42,902 nt of DNA from Casimicrobiaceae bacterium (lineage in GTDB: Bacteria > Pseudomonadota > Gammaproteobacteria > Burkholderiales > Casimicrobiaceae), in assembly GCA_039916265.1 (NCBI GenBank), contig JBDSLT010000123.1, positions 1 to 42,902 of the forward strand, given 5' to 3'. Position 1 is the stretch's first letter, and the number at the start of each line of letters is the position of its first letter. Below the pieces are notes generated by a model. That model was not told the origin of the DNA and searched no databases. It saw only the letters and a program-made list of their open reading frames with translations. The position numbers were made by a program, and so were the translations under genes. This document shows, one piece after another, positions 30,577-40,461 of the stretch.

Positions 30577-31011
30577 TCAGCCCCGGCCCAGCGCCAGCAG
30601 GTCATTGCCGATGAGCGCCCATGTCACCCACAGGACGATCAGGCTGGCGAGGAACGCGCGCATACGGTGCATCACCTTGTTGTAGGTGCAGTGGATGGCG
30701 CTGTGCGCGACGCGCGTCGCGATGTAGAGCCACGCGAGAACGACATACGGCAGCGACGTCAGCGACGCCGCGTAGATCGTTATCATGGCGGCGACGAACA
30801 GCACCGGCGTCTCGAACAGGTTGCGGAAGTTGTCGGCCGGACCGGTGTCCTGCAGTTGCGTGCTCATTTGCGCCGCGGTGGCGACCTGCTGCGGTCGCAG
30901 CTGCCGGGCTCTCATCTCGGCCACACGACGGCGATACATGACGATGGAGACGACCGCCGTGAGCAGCACGTAAGCGAGCAGCGGGAACAGGATGGCGTGA
31001 CGGGCGATCAT
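30577..31011 (-). CDS. MAPEG family membrane protein
   Basis: Four TM segments; NFRNLFETPVLF and RVAHSAIH motifs. Confidence 0.8.
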   Translation of the reverse strand: MIARHAILFPLLAYVLLTAVVSIVMYRRRVAEMRARQLRPQQVATAAQMSTQLQDTGPADNFRNLFETPVLFVAAMITIYAASLTSLPYVVLAWLYIATRVAHSAIHCTYNKVMHRMRAFLASLIVLWVTWALIGNDLLALGRG

Positions 31012-31024
31012 CGAGGGCTCCCGC

Positions 31025-31639
31025 TCAAGCGGCACCGAACCAGCCGGACACGCGGGCGACGACACGCCGGAACGCGCGCCAAAGCTTCGGGACAAGCCAG
31101 ATGGCAAGCGCGGTTGCGGCGAGCACGATCGCCAGCGCGACCAGCGGGTACGCGAAGGCGAGCCACAGCACCGATCCCACGGCGAGATCCTCGCCGAACG
31201 ACGCGCCCCAGTTGGAAAGCGGCTCCGGCGACGTGTTGATCACCGCGCGGCTGCCCGCCTTCAGGAAATGGCTCCCCGCTGCAAGCGTGCCGCCGAGGAT
31301 CGCCGCCGCGAGCATCGTCGCCGAAGACGAATCGCCGAAGACGCTCGCCGCCAGCGCGGCGCCGGCCGGAATGCGGATCACCGTGTGGACCGCGTCCCAG
31401 AGCGAGTCGAACGCGGGGATCTTGTCGGCGAAGAACTCGACAAGACACATGAAGCCCGACGCGGCCAGCACGTACGGGTGCGACAGCACCTGGAGCCCCG
31501 CGGGCAGACCGATCCAGCCGAGATGGCCGAGGCCGCCGACGATGAACAGCACCGCATAGAGCCGCAGGCCGCTGGCCCAGCCGATGGACGCCGCGAGCGC
31601 GACCAGTTGCAGCGTGTCGAAAGAATCGAGCGCGTGCAT
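31025..31639 (-). CDS. DUF4126 membrane protein
   Basis: GWASGLRLYA, EFFADKIP..DSLWD.VHT.IRIPAGA and NTSPEP.SNW.AS..ED motifs. Confidence 0.85.
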   Translation of the reverse strand: MHALDSFDTLQLVALAASIGWASGLRLYAVLFIVGGLGHLGWIGLPAGLQVLSHPYVLAASGFMCLVEFFADKIPAFDSLWDAVHTVIRIPAGAALAASVFGDSSSATMLAAAILGGTLAAGSHFLKAGSRAVINTSPEPLSNWGASFGEDLAVGSVLWLAFAYPLVALAIVLAATALAIWLVPKLWRAFRRVVARVSGWFGAA

Positions 31640-31643
31640 CGCG

Positions 31644-32501
31644 TCATGCCTCGCCGGGATCGAGCGGCGCGGCGGGCACCCACGCCGCCTTGCGCTTGCC
31701 GAGGAACGCCGCGACGCCTTCCCTGCCCTCCGGCGACGCGCGGACGTCGGCGATGGCGCGCGCCGTTCCGGCGATCACCTGCGCGTCGATCGGTCGATGC
31801 GCCACGGTGCGGATCAGCGCCTTGCACTGCGCCTGCGCGACGGGGCCGGCCTGCAGCAGCGCGCCCAGCAGGTCGTTGATCCGCGCATCGAGCTCGGCCT
31901 GCGGGACGATGTCGTGGACGAGCCCGATCCGGAATGCTTCGGCGGCATCGAAGCGCTCGGCCGTCAGGAAATAGCGTCGCGCCTGCCGCGTGCCGATCGC
32001 CCCGATCACGTACGGCGAAATCGTCGCCGGGACGAGGCCGAGCTTCGCTTCCGAGAGCGCGAACGACGCTTCCTGCGCGGCGACGGCAATGTCGCAGCAC
32101 GCGACCAGGCCGACGCCGCCACCCATCGCCGCGCCGTGCACGCGCGCAACCGTCGGCTTCGCCATGCCGTCGAGCGTGCGCAGCATCGCCGCCAGCGCCT
32201 GCGCATCGGCGAGGTTCTGCGCGCGCGTGTAGCCCGCCATCTCCTTCATCCAGTTGAGATCCGCGCCGGCGCAGAAGCTGCGGCCCGCGCCGGCGACCAC
32301 GACCGCGCGCACCCCTTCGTCCGCATCGAGCGCGGCGAAGGTTGCGGTCAGCTCGGCGATGAGCTGCGCGTTGAACGCGTTGTGGACCTCCGGACGATTG
32401 AGGACGACGATCGCGACCGCATTGCGCGTCGTCACCTCGACCCATTGCGGTGCTGCGCGTGCACTGCACTTGCCTGCCGGTGTTTTCGCTTTCGCTGCCA
32501 T
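31644..32501 (-). CDS. liuC: Methylglutaconyl-CoA hydratase-like enoyl-CoA hydratase
   Basis: LNRPEVHNAFN, FCAGADLNWM, GGGVGLVACCD and LSEAKLGL motifs; immediately after liuB; alternative GTG start at 32510. Confidence 0.87.
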   Translation of the reverse strand: MAAKAKTPAGKCSARAAPQWVEVTTRNAVAIVVLNRPEVHNAFNAQLIAELTATFAALDADEGVRAVVVAGAGRSFCAGADLNWMKEMAGYTRAQNLADAQALAAMLRTLDGMAKPTVARVHGAAMGGGVGLVACCDIAVAAQEASFALSEAKLGLVPATISPYVIGAIGTRQARRYFLTAERFDAAEAFRIGLVHDIVPQAELDARINDLLGALLQAGPVAQAQCKALIRTVAHRPIDAQVIAGTARAIADVRASPEGREGVAAFLGKRKAAWVPAAPLDPGEA

Positions 32502-32506
32502 GGCCG

Positions 32507-34114
32507 TCACATTCGGAACACGCCGAAGGTGGTTCGCTCGATCGGCTTGTTGAGCGCCGCGGAGATGGCGAGGCCGAGAACGCGCCGCGTGTCGGCCGGG
32601 TCGATTACGCCATCGTCCCACAGGCGCGCGCTTGCGTAGTAAGGGTGGCCCTCGCCGAGCAGCTTGTCGCGGATCGGCGCCTTGAACGTCTCCTCGTCGG
32701 CGGCGCTCCACGTACCGCCCTTCGCCTCGATCGCGTCGCGGCGTATCGTCGCCAGCACGCTCGCCGCCTGCTCCGGGCCCATGACGCAGATGCGCGCGTT
32801 GGGCCACATCCACAGGAAGCGCGGATTGAACGCACGCCCGCACATGCCGTAGTTGCCCGCGCCGTAGCTGCCGCCGATGATCACGGTGAACTTCGGCACT
32901 TGCGCGCACGAGACCGCGGTGACCATCTTCGCGCCGTCCTTGGCGATGCCGCCCGATTCGTACTTCTGCCCGACCATGAAGCCGGTGATGTTCTGCAGGA
33001 ACACGAGCGGGATGCCGCGCTGGCAGCACAGCTCGATGAAGTGCGCGCCTTTGAGCGCCGATTCCGAATACAGCACGCCGTTGTTGGCGACGATGCCGAC
33101 GGGGTAGCCGTACAGTCGCGCGAAGCCGGTGACCAGCGTCGTGCCGTAGCGCGCCTTGAACTCGTCGAAGTCGCTGCCGTCGACAATGCGCGCGATCACT
33201 TCGCGCACGTCGTAGGGCTTGCGAATGTCGGCGTTGATGACGCCATAGAGCTCGGCAGCCGGGTATCGCGGGTCGACCGGAGCCGCGACGTCGAGATCGA
33301 TGCGCTTGGTGAGGTTCAGCTTGCCGACGATTCGCCGCACGATCGCGAGCGCGTGGTGGTCGTCATGCGCGAAATGATCGGCCACGCCCGACACGCGCGT
33401 ATGCACGTCGGCGCCGCCGAGCTCCTCGGCCGTCACGATCTCGCCGATGGCGGCCTTCACGAGCGGCGGTCCGCCGAGGAAGATCGTCCCCTGCTCGCGG
33501 ACGATGATCGACTCGTCGGACATCGCCGGCACGTACGCGCCGCCGGCCGTGCACGAGCCCATGACGGCGGCGATCTGCGCGATGCCTTCCGCCGACATCG
33601 TGGCCTGGTTGTAGAAGATCCGCCCGAAGTGATCGCGGTCGGGGAACACCTCGTCCTGGTTCGGGAGGTTCGCGCCGCCCGAATCCACGAGGTAGATGCA
33701 CGGCAGGCCGTTTTGCCGCGCGATTTCCTGCGCGCGCAGGTGCTTCTTGACGGTCATCGGATAGTACGTACCGCCCTTGACCGTCGCGTCGTTGCAGACG
33801 ATCGCGCATTCCCTTCCCGCAACGCGCCCGATGCCGGTGATGATCCCGGCACCCGCGATGTTGTCGTCGTACATGCCATGCGCAGCGAGTTGCGACAGCT
33901 CGAGGAAGGGGCTGGCGGGATCGAGCAGCGCGCGAACGCGCTCGCGGGGCAGCAGCTTGCCGCGTGCAGCGTGCTTGGCGCGCGCCGCGTCGCCGCCGCC
34001 CAGTTCGACGTCGGCAATCGTCGCGCGCAGATCCGCGACGTGCGCCGAAAGCGCGGCGTGATTCTGTGCGAAGACGGGGCCCTTCCCATCCACCTTCGAA
34101 TCGATGACGGCCAT
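32507..34114 (-). CDS. liuB: 3-methylcrotonyl-CoA carboxylase beta subunit (carboxyltransferase)
   Basis: [42 protein letters not shown] and [11 protein letters not shown] motifs. Confidence 0.95.
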   Translation of the reverse strand: MAVIDSKVDGKGPVFAQNHAALSAHVADLRATIADVELGGGDAARAKHAARGKLLPRERVRALLDPASPFLELSQLAAHGMYDDNIAGAGIITGIGRVAGRECAIVCNDATVKGGTYYPMTVKKHLRAQEIARQNGLPCIYLVDSGGANLPNQDEVFPDRDHFGRIFYNQATMSAEGIAQIAAVMGSCTAGGAYVPAMSDESIIVREQGTIFLGGPPLVKAAIGEIVTAEELGGADVHTRVSGVADHFAHDDHHALAIVRRIVGKLNLTKRIDLDVAAPVDPRYPAAELYGVINADIRKPYDVREVIARIVDGSDFDEFKARYGTTLVTGFARLYGYPVGIVANNGVLYSESALKGAHFIELCCQRGIPLVFLQNITGFMVGQKYESGGIAKDGAKMVTAVSCAQVPKFTVIIGGSYGAGNYGMCGRAFNPRFLWMWPNARICVMGPEQAASVLATIRRDAIEAKGGTWSAADEETFKAPIRDKLLGEGHPYYASARLWDDGVIDPADTRRVLGLAISAALNKPIERTTFGVFRM

Positions 34115-34126
34115 GGCGCGCGGCCT

Positions 34127-34768
34127 CTAGGTACGCTCGAGCGACGCGAGCCGCGCCGCCAGCAGCACGAACAGCGTACCGAGCGCACCGCCGAGCCAGC
34201 GCGCCGCGCGCGCGCTTTCGCGCAGTCCGCGGCCGGCCCGGCTCGCGAGCCATGCAACCGGAAGATTGACGAACAGGCTGTTGAAGTTGAAGAGGCAGCC
34301 GAGGAAAACGAAGGACCAGGCCTTCGAGGGCGCTTCGCTGGCGATGAACTGCGGCAGGAACGCGAGGAAGAACAGCGCCACCTTCGGGTTGAACACATTG
34401 ATGACGAAACCTTCGCGCAGGATGCGTGCCGCCGGTGCCGGCGGCAGCAGCGCTCGCGTGCCCCGCACCGGGGTCGCGCGCGCGGCCCGCACGACGAGCC
34501 CGATCCCGAGGTACGCGAGGTAGGCGGCGCCGCACCACTTGACGATTTCGAACGCCGCCGCGGACGTCGCGAGCAATGCGGACAGGCCCAGCGCCGCGGC
34601 GATCGTGTGAACGACGCAGCCCGCCGTGATCCCGAACGTCGCCGCCACCCCGTCGCGCCATCCGCCGGCGGCGGCGCGCGCGGCGATATACGCCATGTCC
34701 GGCCCAGGCGTGAGGTTGAGCAGCAGTCCCGCCGCCACGAACAGCGCGAGGTCGTGCACGCCGCTCAT
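34127..34768 (-). CDS. LysE/RhtB family exporter, copy 1
   Basis: LNLTPGPD, KWCGAAYL and NPKVALFFLAFLPQF motifs. Confidence 0.9.
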   Translation of the reverse strand: MSGVHDLALFVAAGLLLNLTPGPDMAYIAARAAAGGWRDGVAATFGITAGCVVHTIAAALGLSALLATSAAAFEIVKWCGAAYLAYLGIGLVVRAARATPVRGTRALLPPAPAARILREGFVINVFNPKVALFFLAFLPQFIASEAPSKAWSFVFLGCLFNFNSLFVNLPVAWLASRAGRGLRESARAARWLGGALGTLFVLLAARLASLERT

Positions 34769-34773
34769 CGCAA

Positions 34774-34856
34774 AATAAGTAGGGTCAGAGACGACATATG
34801 CTGTAGTTCCGGCGCGCCGCGATATCGCATATATATCGTCTCTGACCCTACTTATT
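34774..34856. repeat. 83-bp inverted doublet (REPIN/MITE-like) with perfect 21-bp arms
   Basis: AATAAGTAGGGTCAGAGACGA (34774-34794) and its exact reverse complement (34836-34856); the stem extends inward via ATATGC/GCATAT. Confidence 0.9.
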
Positions 34857-35474
34857 GGGGGTGGCGGGCATGAGGTCGTAGGGCGCCTTCCACCGGGGGA
34901 GCGCGCGCAGGCGCGCGAGCCAGTCGCGCAGCTGCGGAAACTCGTCCCACTCGACGCCGAGCTCGTCGGGCCAGAACAGGTAACCGCACAGCGACAGGTC
35001 GGCGATCGTCGGTCGATCGGCGGCGACGAAGCTGCGGCCGCCGAGATGCGCGTCGAGCACGCCCCACGCGGTGCGCGCCCGCTTGCCGAACTCCTCCACC
35101 ACCGCGGGATCGGGATCTTTCGCGAGCGTGCGAAGGTAACGAAACGTCGCGGTATAGCTCGTGAGCTTGTGATTGTCGTAAAGCAGCCAGCGCAGCACCT
35201 CTCGGCGCTCGTCGCCATTCGCCGGCCCGAACTCACCGGTCACCTCCGCGAGATAGTCCAGGATCACGCCCGATTGCGACCAGCGCCTGCCTCGATGCTC
35301 GAGCACCGGCACTTCGCCCATGACGTTGATCTCGCGGTAGGCCGGCGTGCGCGTCTCGCCACCGAAGAAATCGACGAAGCGCGGCGTCCAGTCCGCGCCG
35401 GTGAGTTCGAGCATCAGCGCGGGCTTGTACGCATTACCCGACTGGGCGAAGCAGTGGAGCGTGAATTCGGCCAT
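34848..35474 (-). CDS. Glutathione S-transferase family protein
   Basis: SGNAYK, INVMGEVPVL, QSGVILDYL and PTIADLSL motifs. Confidence 0.9.
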   Translation of the reverse strand: MAEFTLHCFAQSGNAYKPALMLELTGADWTPRFVDFFGGETRTPAYREINVMGEVPVLEHRGRRWSQSGVILDYLAEVTGEFGPANGDERREVLRWLLYDNHKLTSYTATFRYLRTLAKDPDPAVVEEFGKRARTAWGVLDAHLGGRSFVAADRPTIADLSLCGYLFWPDELGVEWDEFPQLRDWLARLRALPRWKAPYDLMPATPNK

Positions 35475-35482
35475 GTCGACGC

Positions 35483-35890
35483 TCACGCGGATTGCGGCGG
35501 CGGCGGCAGCGGCGACCACAGCTCGACGAGATGCCCCGCGGGATCGCGCAGATGCGCCACGCGCTGAAACCACGCCGCCTGGTCGTGCGGCGCGGTGACG
35601 AGCGGATGACCCGCGAGCTTGACGCGCGCCGCCGCGGCGTCGACGTTGTCGACCCGCAGGCAGATCACGACATCGTCGCCGGTGCGCGTGGCGACCGCGG
35701 CGCCGACGATGTCGGCCATCAGGCTCGCGCGATAGAACGCGAGACGCCCGCCGGCCGTGTCGAGTTCCGCGTAGGTGTCGGGCACGTCGACCGCGACCTT
35801 GAGCCCGAGCACGTCGCGATAGAACCGCAACAGCGGCTCGAAATCGCTGACGAGGTAGCGGACATGCGACAGCGCGATCGACGGCGACAC
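35483..35890 (-). CDS. VOC/glyoxalase family protein
   Basis: HVRYLVSD...RFYRDVLGL, VDNVDAA and RDPAGHLVEL motifs; GTG start just after the upstream stop. Confidence 0.85.
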   Translation of the reverse strand: MSPSIALSHVRYLVSDFEPLLRFYRDVLGLKVAVDVPDTYAELDTAGGRLAFYRASLMADIVGAAVATRTGDDVVICLRVDNVDAAAARVKLAGHPLVTAPHDQAAWFQRVAHLRDPAGHLVELWSPLPPPPQSA

Positions 35891-35891
35891 G

Positions 35892-36497
35892 TCAGAAGCC
35901 TCCGGTCGCCAGCCAGCGATCGACCTGGTCGAAGCGGTCGAGGCCCCAGAAGGGCTCGCCGTCGACGAACACAAAGGGCGATCCGAACACGCCGCGCGCA
36001 ATCGCGCCGTCGACGTCGCGCTTCAGCGCGTCCTTGATCGCCGGATCGTCGACCGCCGCCCGTGCGCCCTGGACGTCCGCGCCGGCGCCCGCCGCAACCT
36101 GCGCGGCCACGTCCGGATCGGAGACGTCGAGACCGTCGTTGAAATAGGCGCGATAGAGCGCCTTGATCACCTTCACCGCCAGCGCGGAATCCTGCGCCTT
36201 CGCCCACAGGACGATACGCGCGGCGGCCTGCGTCGGAATGGGGAACTTCTCCGGCATGCGGAAATCACCGACGCCATGGAAGCGCGCGCTGCGCAGGAAA
36301 TCGCGCTTCGAATAGTCGCCCTTCAGCGGGATCATCGTGAGCGGCGCCTGACCCGACTGCTTGAACGCCGCGCCGAGCAGCATAGGACGCCAGTCGACGC
36401 TGCGGCCGTGCCGCGCTGCCAGCGCCTCGATCCGCTGCGAGGCGAGATAGCCGTAGGGCGACGAAAAATCGAACCAGAACTCTATCGGTGCATTCAC
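35892..36497 (-). CDS. 2-hydroxychromene-2-carboxylate isomerase-like protein (kappa-class GST), copy 2
   Basis: FWFDFSSPYGYL, GVFGSPF and FWGLDR motifs; GGAGG RBS. Confidence 0.88.
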   Translation of the reverse strand: MNAPIEFWFDFSSPYGYLASQRIEALAARHGRSVDWRPMLLGAAFKQSGQAPLTMIPLKGDYSKRDFLRSARFHGVGDFRMPEKFPIPTQAAARIVLWAKAQDSALAVKVIKALYRAYFNDGLDVSDPDVAAQVAAGAGADVQGARAAVDDPAIKDALKRDVDGAIARGVFGSPFVFVDGEPFWGLDRFDQVDRWLATGGF

Positions 36498-36582
36498 TCG
36501 ACTATCCTCCGCGCCGCGCTTGACGGCGTTCGCGCCGGGGAGCGGCCCGGCGCGCCCATCCGTCGCTGTCTCGTGGGAAGGA

Positions 36583-37710
36583 TCATAGCGCGCGGCCGAT
36601 CACCAGCCGCTGGATGTCGCTCGTCCCCTCGTAGATCTGGCAGACGCGGACGTCGCGATAGATGCGCTCGACCGGAAAATCGGTGACGTAGCCGTAGCCG
36701 CCGTGGACCTGCAGCGCCGCCGAGCACACCCGCTCTGCCATTTCGGAGGCGAACAGCTTCGCCATCGACGCTTCCTTGAGACAGGGCAGGCCCGCGTCGC
36801 GCAGCGACGCTGCGTGCCAGACGAGCTGGCGCGCCGCCTCGATCTGGGTCGCCATGTCGGCGAGCCGGAAATTGACCGCCTGATGCTGGACGATCGGCCG
36901 GCCGAACGTCTCCCGCTCGCGCGCGTAGGCGAGCGCGGCCTCGAACGCCGCGCGCGCCATGCCGACCGCCTGGGCGGCGATGCCGATGCGACCCGCCTCG
37001 AGATTGGCGAGCGCGATGCGGTAGCCGTCGCCCTCGCCGCCGAGCCGGCTCTCCGCCGCCACTTCGCAGTTCTCGAAGACGATCTGCGCGGTATCGGACG
37101 CGCGCTGGCCGAGCTTGTCCTCCACGCGGGCGACGACATAGCCTGGCGTGTTCGTCTCCACGACGAAGCCCGAGATGCCCTTCTTTCCGGCCGCCTTGTC
37201 GGTGACGGCGAAGACGACCGCGACGTCGGCGTTCTTTCCCGTCGTGACGAACTGCTTGACGCCATTCAGCACGTAGCGCTCGCCACGCTTTTCCGCGCGC
37301 GTCGTGATCGCCGCCGCGTCGGAGCCGACATGCGGCTCGGTCAGGCAGAAGCAGCCGAGCGCGTCGCCGCGCGCCAGCGGCTTCAGGTAGCGCTCCTTCT
37401 GCGCGTCGGTGCCGAACGCATTGATGGGCCCGCAGACGACCGAATTCTGCACGCTGACGATCGTCGACGTCGCACCGTCGCCGGCGGCAATCTCCTCCAG
37501 CGCGACGGCCAGCGAAACATAATCCATCTCCGCGCCGTCCCACGCCGCCGGCACGACCATGCCGAGCGCACCGAGCGCGCCGAGCGCGGTCAGCGCCTCG
37601 CGGGGAAACGTGTGCTCGCGGTCCCACTGCGCGGCATGCGGCGCGAGCTCGGCGTGCGCGAAGGCGCGCATCGTGTCCTGCACCAGCTGCTGTTCGTCGG
37701 TCAGGCGCAT
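36583..37710 (-). CDS. Short/branched-chain acyl-CoA dehydrogenase
   Basis: FCLTEPHVGSDA, NGVKQFVT, KLGQRAS, VHGGYGY and QIYEGT (catalytic Glu in the SCAD-type position). Confidence 0.9.
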   Translation of the reverse strand: MRLTDEQQLVQDTMRAFAHAELAPHAAQWDREHTFPREALTALGALGALGMVVPAAWDGAEMDYVSLAVALEEIAAGDGATSTIVSVQNSVVCGPINAFGTDAQKERYLKPLARGDALGCFCLTEPHVGSDAAAITTRAEKRGERYVLNGVKQFVTTGKNADVAVVFAVTDKAAGKKGISGFVVETNTPGYVVARVEDKLGQRASDTAQIVFENCEVAAESRLGGEGDGYRIALANLEAGRIGIAAQAVGMARAAFEAALAYARERETFGRPIVQHQAVNFRLADMATQIEAARQLVWHAASLRDAGLPCLKEASMAKLFASEMAERVCSAALQVHGGYGYVTDFPVERIYRDVRVCQIYEGTSDIQRLVIGRAL

Positions 37711-37711
37711 G

Positions 37712-38620
37712 TCAGCAGCGCGGGTGGGCCATCGTCGGCGTCGTCGCCGTGGCGGTCGGCCGGTTGATGATCCAGACGCCGGCGACGACGAGTGCCGCTC
37801 CGCTGACCATCGCCGGCGTGAGGTCCTCGCCGAGCAGCAGCACCCCGAGCGTGATCGCGGCGACCGGCACGAGGTTGACGAAGATCGCGGCGCGCGCCGG
37901 GCCGAGCGCCTTCACGCCTTCGAGGAACCAGACGAACGCGACCGCAGTGCCGAAGGTCCCCATGTACGCGAGCGCGAGCCACACACGCGACGATGCGTCC
38001 GGGAGCGCGAACTCACCCGATGCGAGCGCCAGCGCGCCGAGCATCGTCGTGCCGATCAGCGCCGCGTAGGTCGTCACCGCCAGCGTCGACACCCCGGTCA
38101 ACTGCTTGCCGATCAGCGTATACGCGGCCCAAGCGAGCACACAGCCAAAAAGGGCGATCTCGCCGCGGCCGATGCCGCCGTCGAACAGTCCCGCGGGATG
38201 GCCTCCGGAGAGTTCGACGACGACGCCGACGAGCGCGATCACGGTGCCGACGACCTTGGCAACGGTGATCGGCTCGCGCAGGAACAGCGCCGCGCCGATC
38301 ATCGTCGCGGCGGGATTGAGCGCCATGATCAGCGAGCCGCGCGAGGCCGTCACCGTTTCCAGCCCGACCATGAACAGGAAATTGTAGGCGGCCACGCCGG
38401 TTGCGCCGAGCAGCGATACCGCCATCCATTGCCGCGCGTCGAGCCGCGGCAAGCCGCCCTCCTTCGCGAGTACCATCACGACGAGCACGACCGTCGCGAT
38501 TGTGTAGCGCACGAGCGCCGCAGTCGCCGCGCTGATCTCCGGCGCCGCCACACGGCCGGCGATGAACGAGCCGCCCCAGATGAGAGCGACGAGCACGAGC
38601 TTGACGACGATGGCGTTCAT
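37712..38620 (-). CDS. DMT/EamA family transporter
   Basis: About 10 TM segments in two EamA repeats; LIWGGSF, AWAAYT and NLVPV...LLGE motifs. Confidence 0.9.
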   Translation of the reverse strand: MNAIVVKLVLVALIWGGSFIAGRVAAPEISAATAALVRYTIATVVLVVMVLAKEGGLPRLDARQWMAVSLLGATGVAAYNFLFMVGLETVTASRGSLIMALNPAATMIGAALFLREPITVAKVVGTVIALVGVVVELSGGHPAGLFDGGIGRGEIALFGCVLAWAAYTLIGKQLTGVSTLAVTTYAALIGTTMLGALALASGEFALPDASSRVWLALAYMGTFGTAVAFVWFLEGVKALGPARAAIFVNLVPVAAITLGVLLLGEDLTPAMVSGAALVVAGVWIINRPTATATTPTMAHPRC

Positions 38621-39250
38621 CTAGCTGCGCGACTGGAGCGCGAGCCGCGCGGCGAGCGCGCCGAACACGCCGGCGAGGGCGCGCTTCGACCAGCGGCTCC
38701 ATCCCGGGCGGCGCGCGAACCAGCGGCGCGCGCCGGTCGCGGCGAACACGCACGCGGAATCACCGGCGACGACGATGACGAGCTGCGTTGCCGCGAGCAC
38801 CAGGCTCTGCTGCAGCACGCCGCCGTGCGACGGGTCGACGAACTGCGGAAACAGCGCGAGCTGGAAGACGGCGACCTTCGGATTGAGCACCGCCGTCAGC
38901 AGGCCCTGCCGGTACATCGCCACGCGCGCAACCCGCGGCGCGACGCTCGCCGCCTGTGTCTCGTCGCTCGCCCGCCACATGACGACGGCGAGCCACGCGA
39001 GATAGATCGCGCCCGCCCACTTCACCACCTCGAACGCGAGCGGCACTGCCGCGAGCAGCGCAGACAGTCCGAACGCGGCGGCGAGCGCGTGCAGCGCGAA
39101 GCCCGTCGACGTACCGGCCAGCGAGACGAAACCCGCGCCGCGCCCTTGCGCGAGCGTGCGCGAGACGAGGAACAGCATGTTGGGGCCGGGCGTCGCAGCC
39201 AGCGCCGCGCATGCGACACAGAACAGGAGCCAGGTCTCGAGCGGGATCAC
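38621..39250 (-). CDS. LysE/RhtB family exporter, copy 2
   Basis: ATPGPNM, KWAGAIYL and LNPKVAVF...FPQF motifs. Confidence 0.9.
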   Translation of the reverse strand: MIPLETWLLFCVACAALAATPGPNMLFLVSRTLAQGRGAGFVSLAGTSTGFALHALAAAFGLSALLAAVPLAFEVVKWAGAIYLAWLAVVMWRASDETQAASVAPRVARVAMYRQGLLTAVLNPKVAVFQLALFPQFVDPSHGGVLQQSLVLAATQLVIVVAGDSACVFAATGARRWFARRPGWSRWSKRALAGVFGALAARLALQSRS

Positions 39251-39257
39251 CGGCCGC

Positions 39258-40442
39258 TCAGACGATTTCGATCGCCATCGCAGTCGCCTCGCCGCCGCCG
39301 ATGCACAGCGCCGCGACGCCGCGCTTCTTGCCGTGCTTGCGCAACGCGCCGAGCAGCGTCACGACGATGCGCGCGCCCGACGCGCCGATCGGGTGGCCGA
39401 GCGCGCAGGCGCCGCCGTGCACGTTGACGCGCTCGTGGTCGATGCCGTGCTCCTTCATCGCGGCCATCGTCACCACCGCGAAGGCCTCGTTGATCTCGAA
39501 GAGGTCGACGTCGCGCGTCGTCCATCCGGTCTTCTGGTAAAGCTTGGCGATCGCCCCGACCGGCGCGGTCGCGAACAGGCCTGGCTCCTGCGCATGCGTC
39601 GCATGGCCGACGATCACGGCGAGCGGCTTCAACCCGCGCTTTTCCGCCGTCGAGCGCGCCATCAGCACCAGCGCCGCGGCGCCGTCGGAGATCGAACTCG
39701 AATTCGCGGCCGTCACCGTGCCGTCCTTGCGGAAAGCGGGCTTCAGCAGCGGAATCTTGTCGGGCGACGCCTTCGCGGGCTGCTCGTCCCTGGCGACGAC
39801 GACGTCGCCCTTCTTCCCGCTGACGGTGACGGGCGCCGTCTCCCACGCAAAGGTCCCGTCGTCGTTGGCGGCGAGCGCGCGCGACAGCGATGTCAGCGCG
39901 AAGGCGTCCTGCGCCTCGCGCGTGAACGCGAACGACCCCGCGCAATCCTCCGCGAAGGAGCCCATCAGCCGGCCCTTGTCGTAGGCGTCCTCCAGGCCGT
40001 CCAGGAACATGTGGTCCTGCACGGCCTGATGTCCCATCCGGTAGCCGCCGCGCGCCTTGGGCAGCAGGTACGGCGCGTTGGTCATGCTCTCCATGCCGCC
40101 GGCGACGACGATGTCGGCGCTGCCGGCGACGATGAGGTCGTGCGCGAGCATCGCCGCCTTCATCGCGGAACCGCACATCTTGTTGACCGTCGTGCAACCG
40201 ACGGACAGCGGCAGGCCGGCCTTCAGCGCGGCCTGCCGCGCCGGCGCCTGCCCCTGTCCCGCGGGCAGCACGTTGCCCATGATCACTTCCTCGACGTCGG
40301 CGGGGGCGAGGCCTGCTCGCTCGACGGCCGCCTTGATCGCAACGGCGCCAAGATCGCTCGCCGAGACCGAGGCGAAATCACCCTGGAAGCCGCCCAGCGG
40401 CGTTCGCGCGGCACCTACGATGACGATCGGATCGTTCAGCAT
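39258..40442 (-). CDS. Acetyl-CoA C-acyltransferase (thiolase)
   Basis: NKMCGS (Cys), EINEAFA, GHPIGASG and LCIGGG motifs. Confidence 0.95.
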   Translation of the reverse strand: MLNDPIVIVGAARTPLGGFQGDFASVSASDLGAVAIKAAVERAGLAPADVEEVIMGNVLPAGQGQAPARQAALKAGLPLSVGCTTVNKMCGSAMKAAMLAHDLIVAGSADIVVAGGMESMTNAPYLLPKARGGYRMGHQAVQDHMFLDGLEDAYDKGRLMGSFAEDCAGSFAFTREAQDAFALTSLSRALAANDDGTFAWETAPVTVSGKKGDVVVARDEQPAKASPDKIPLLKPAFRKDGTVTAANSSSISDGAAALVLMARSTAEKRGLKPLAVIVGHATHAQEPGLFATAPVGAIAKLYQKTGWTTRDVDLFEINEAFAVVTMAAMKEHGIDHERVNVHGGACALGHPIGASGARIVVTLLGALRKHGKKRGVAALCIGGGEATAMAIEIV

Positions 40443-40461
40443 GATGTTTCCTCGCGTCGAT

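Noticed and set aside
32450-34873. 807-aa plus-strand ORF and similar long antisense ORFs (575-2320, 8573-10348, 21811-23808, 28626-30614)
   Set aside because: Shadow frames of well-supported genes, expected from stop-codon scarcity at high GC; no motifs or RBS.
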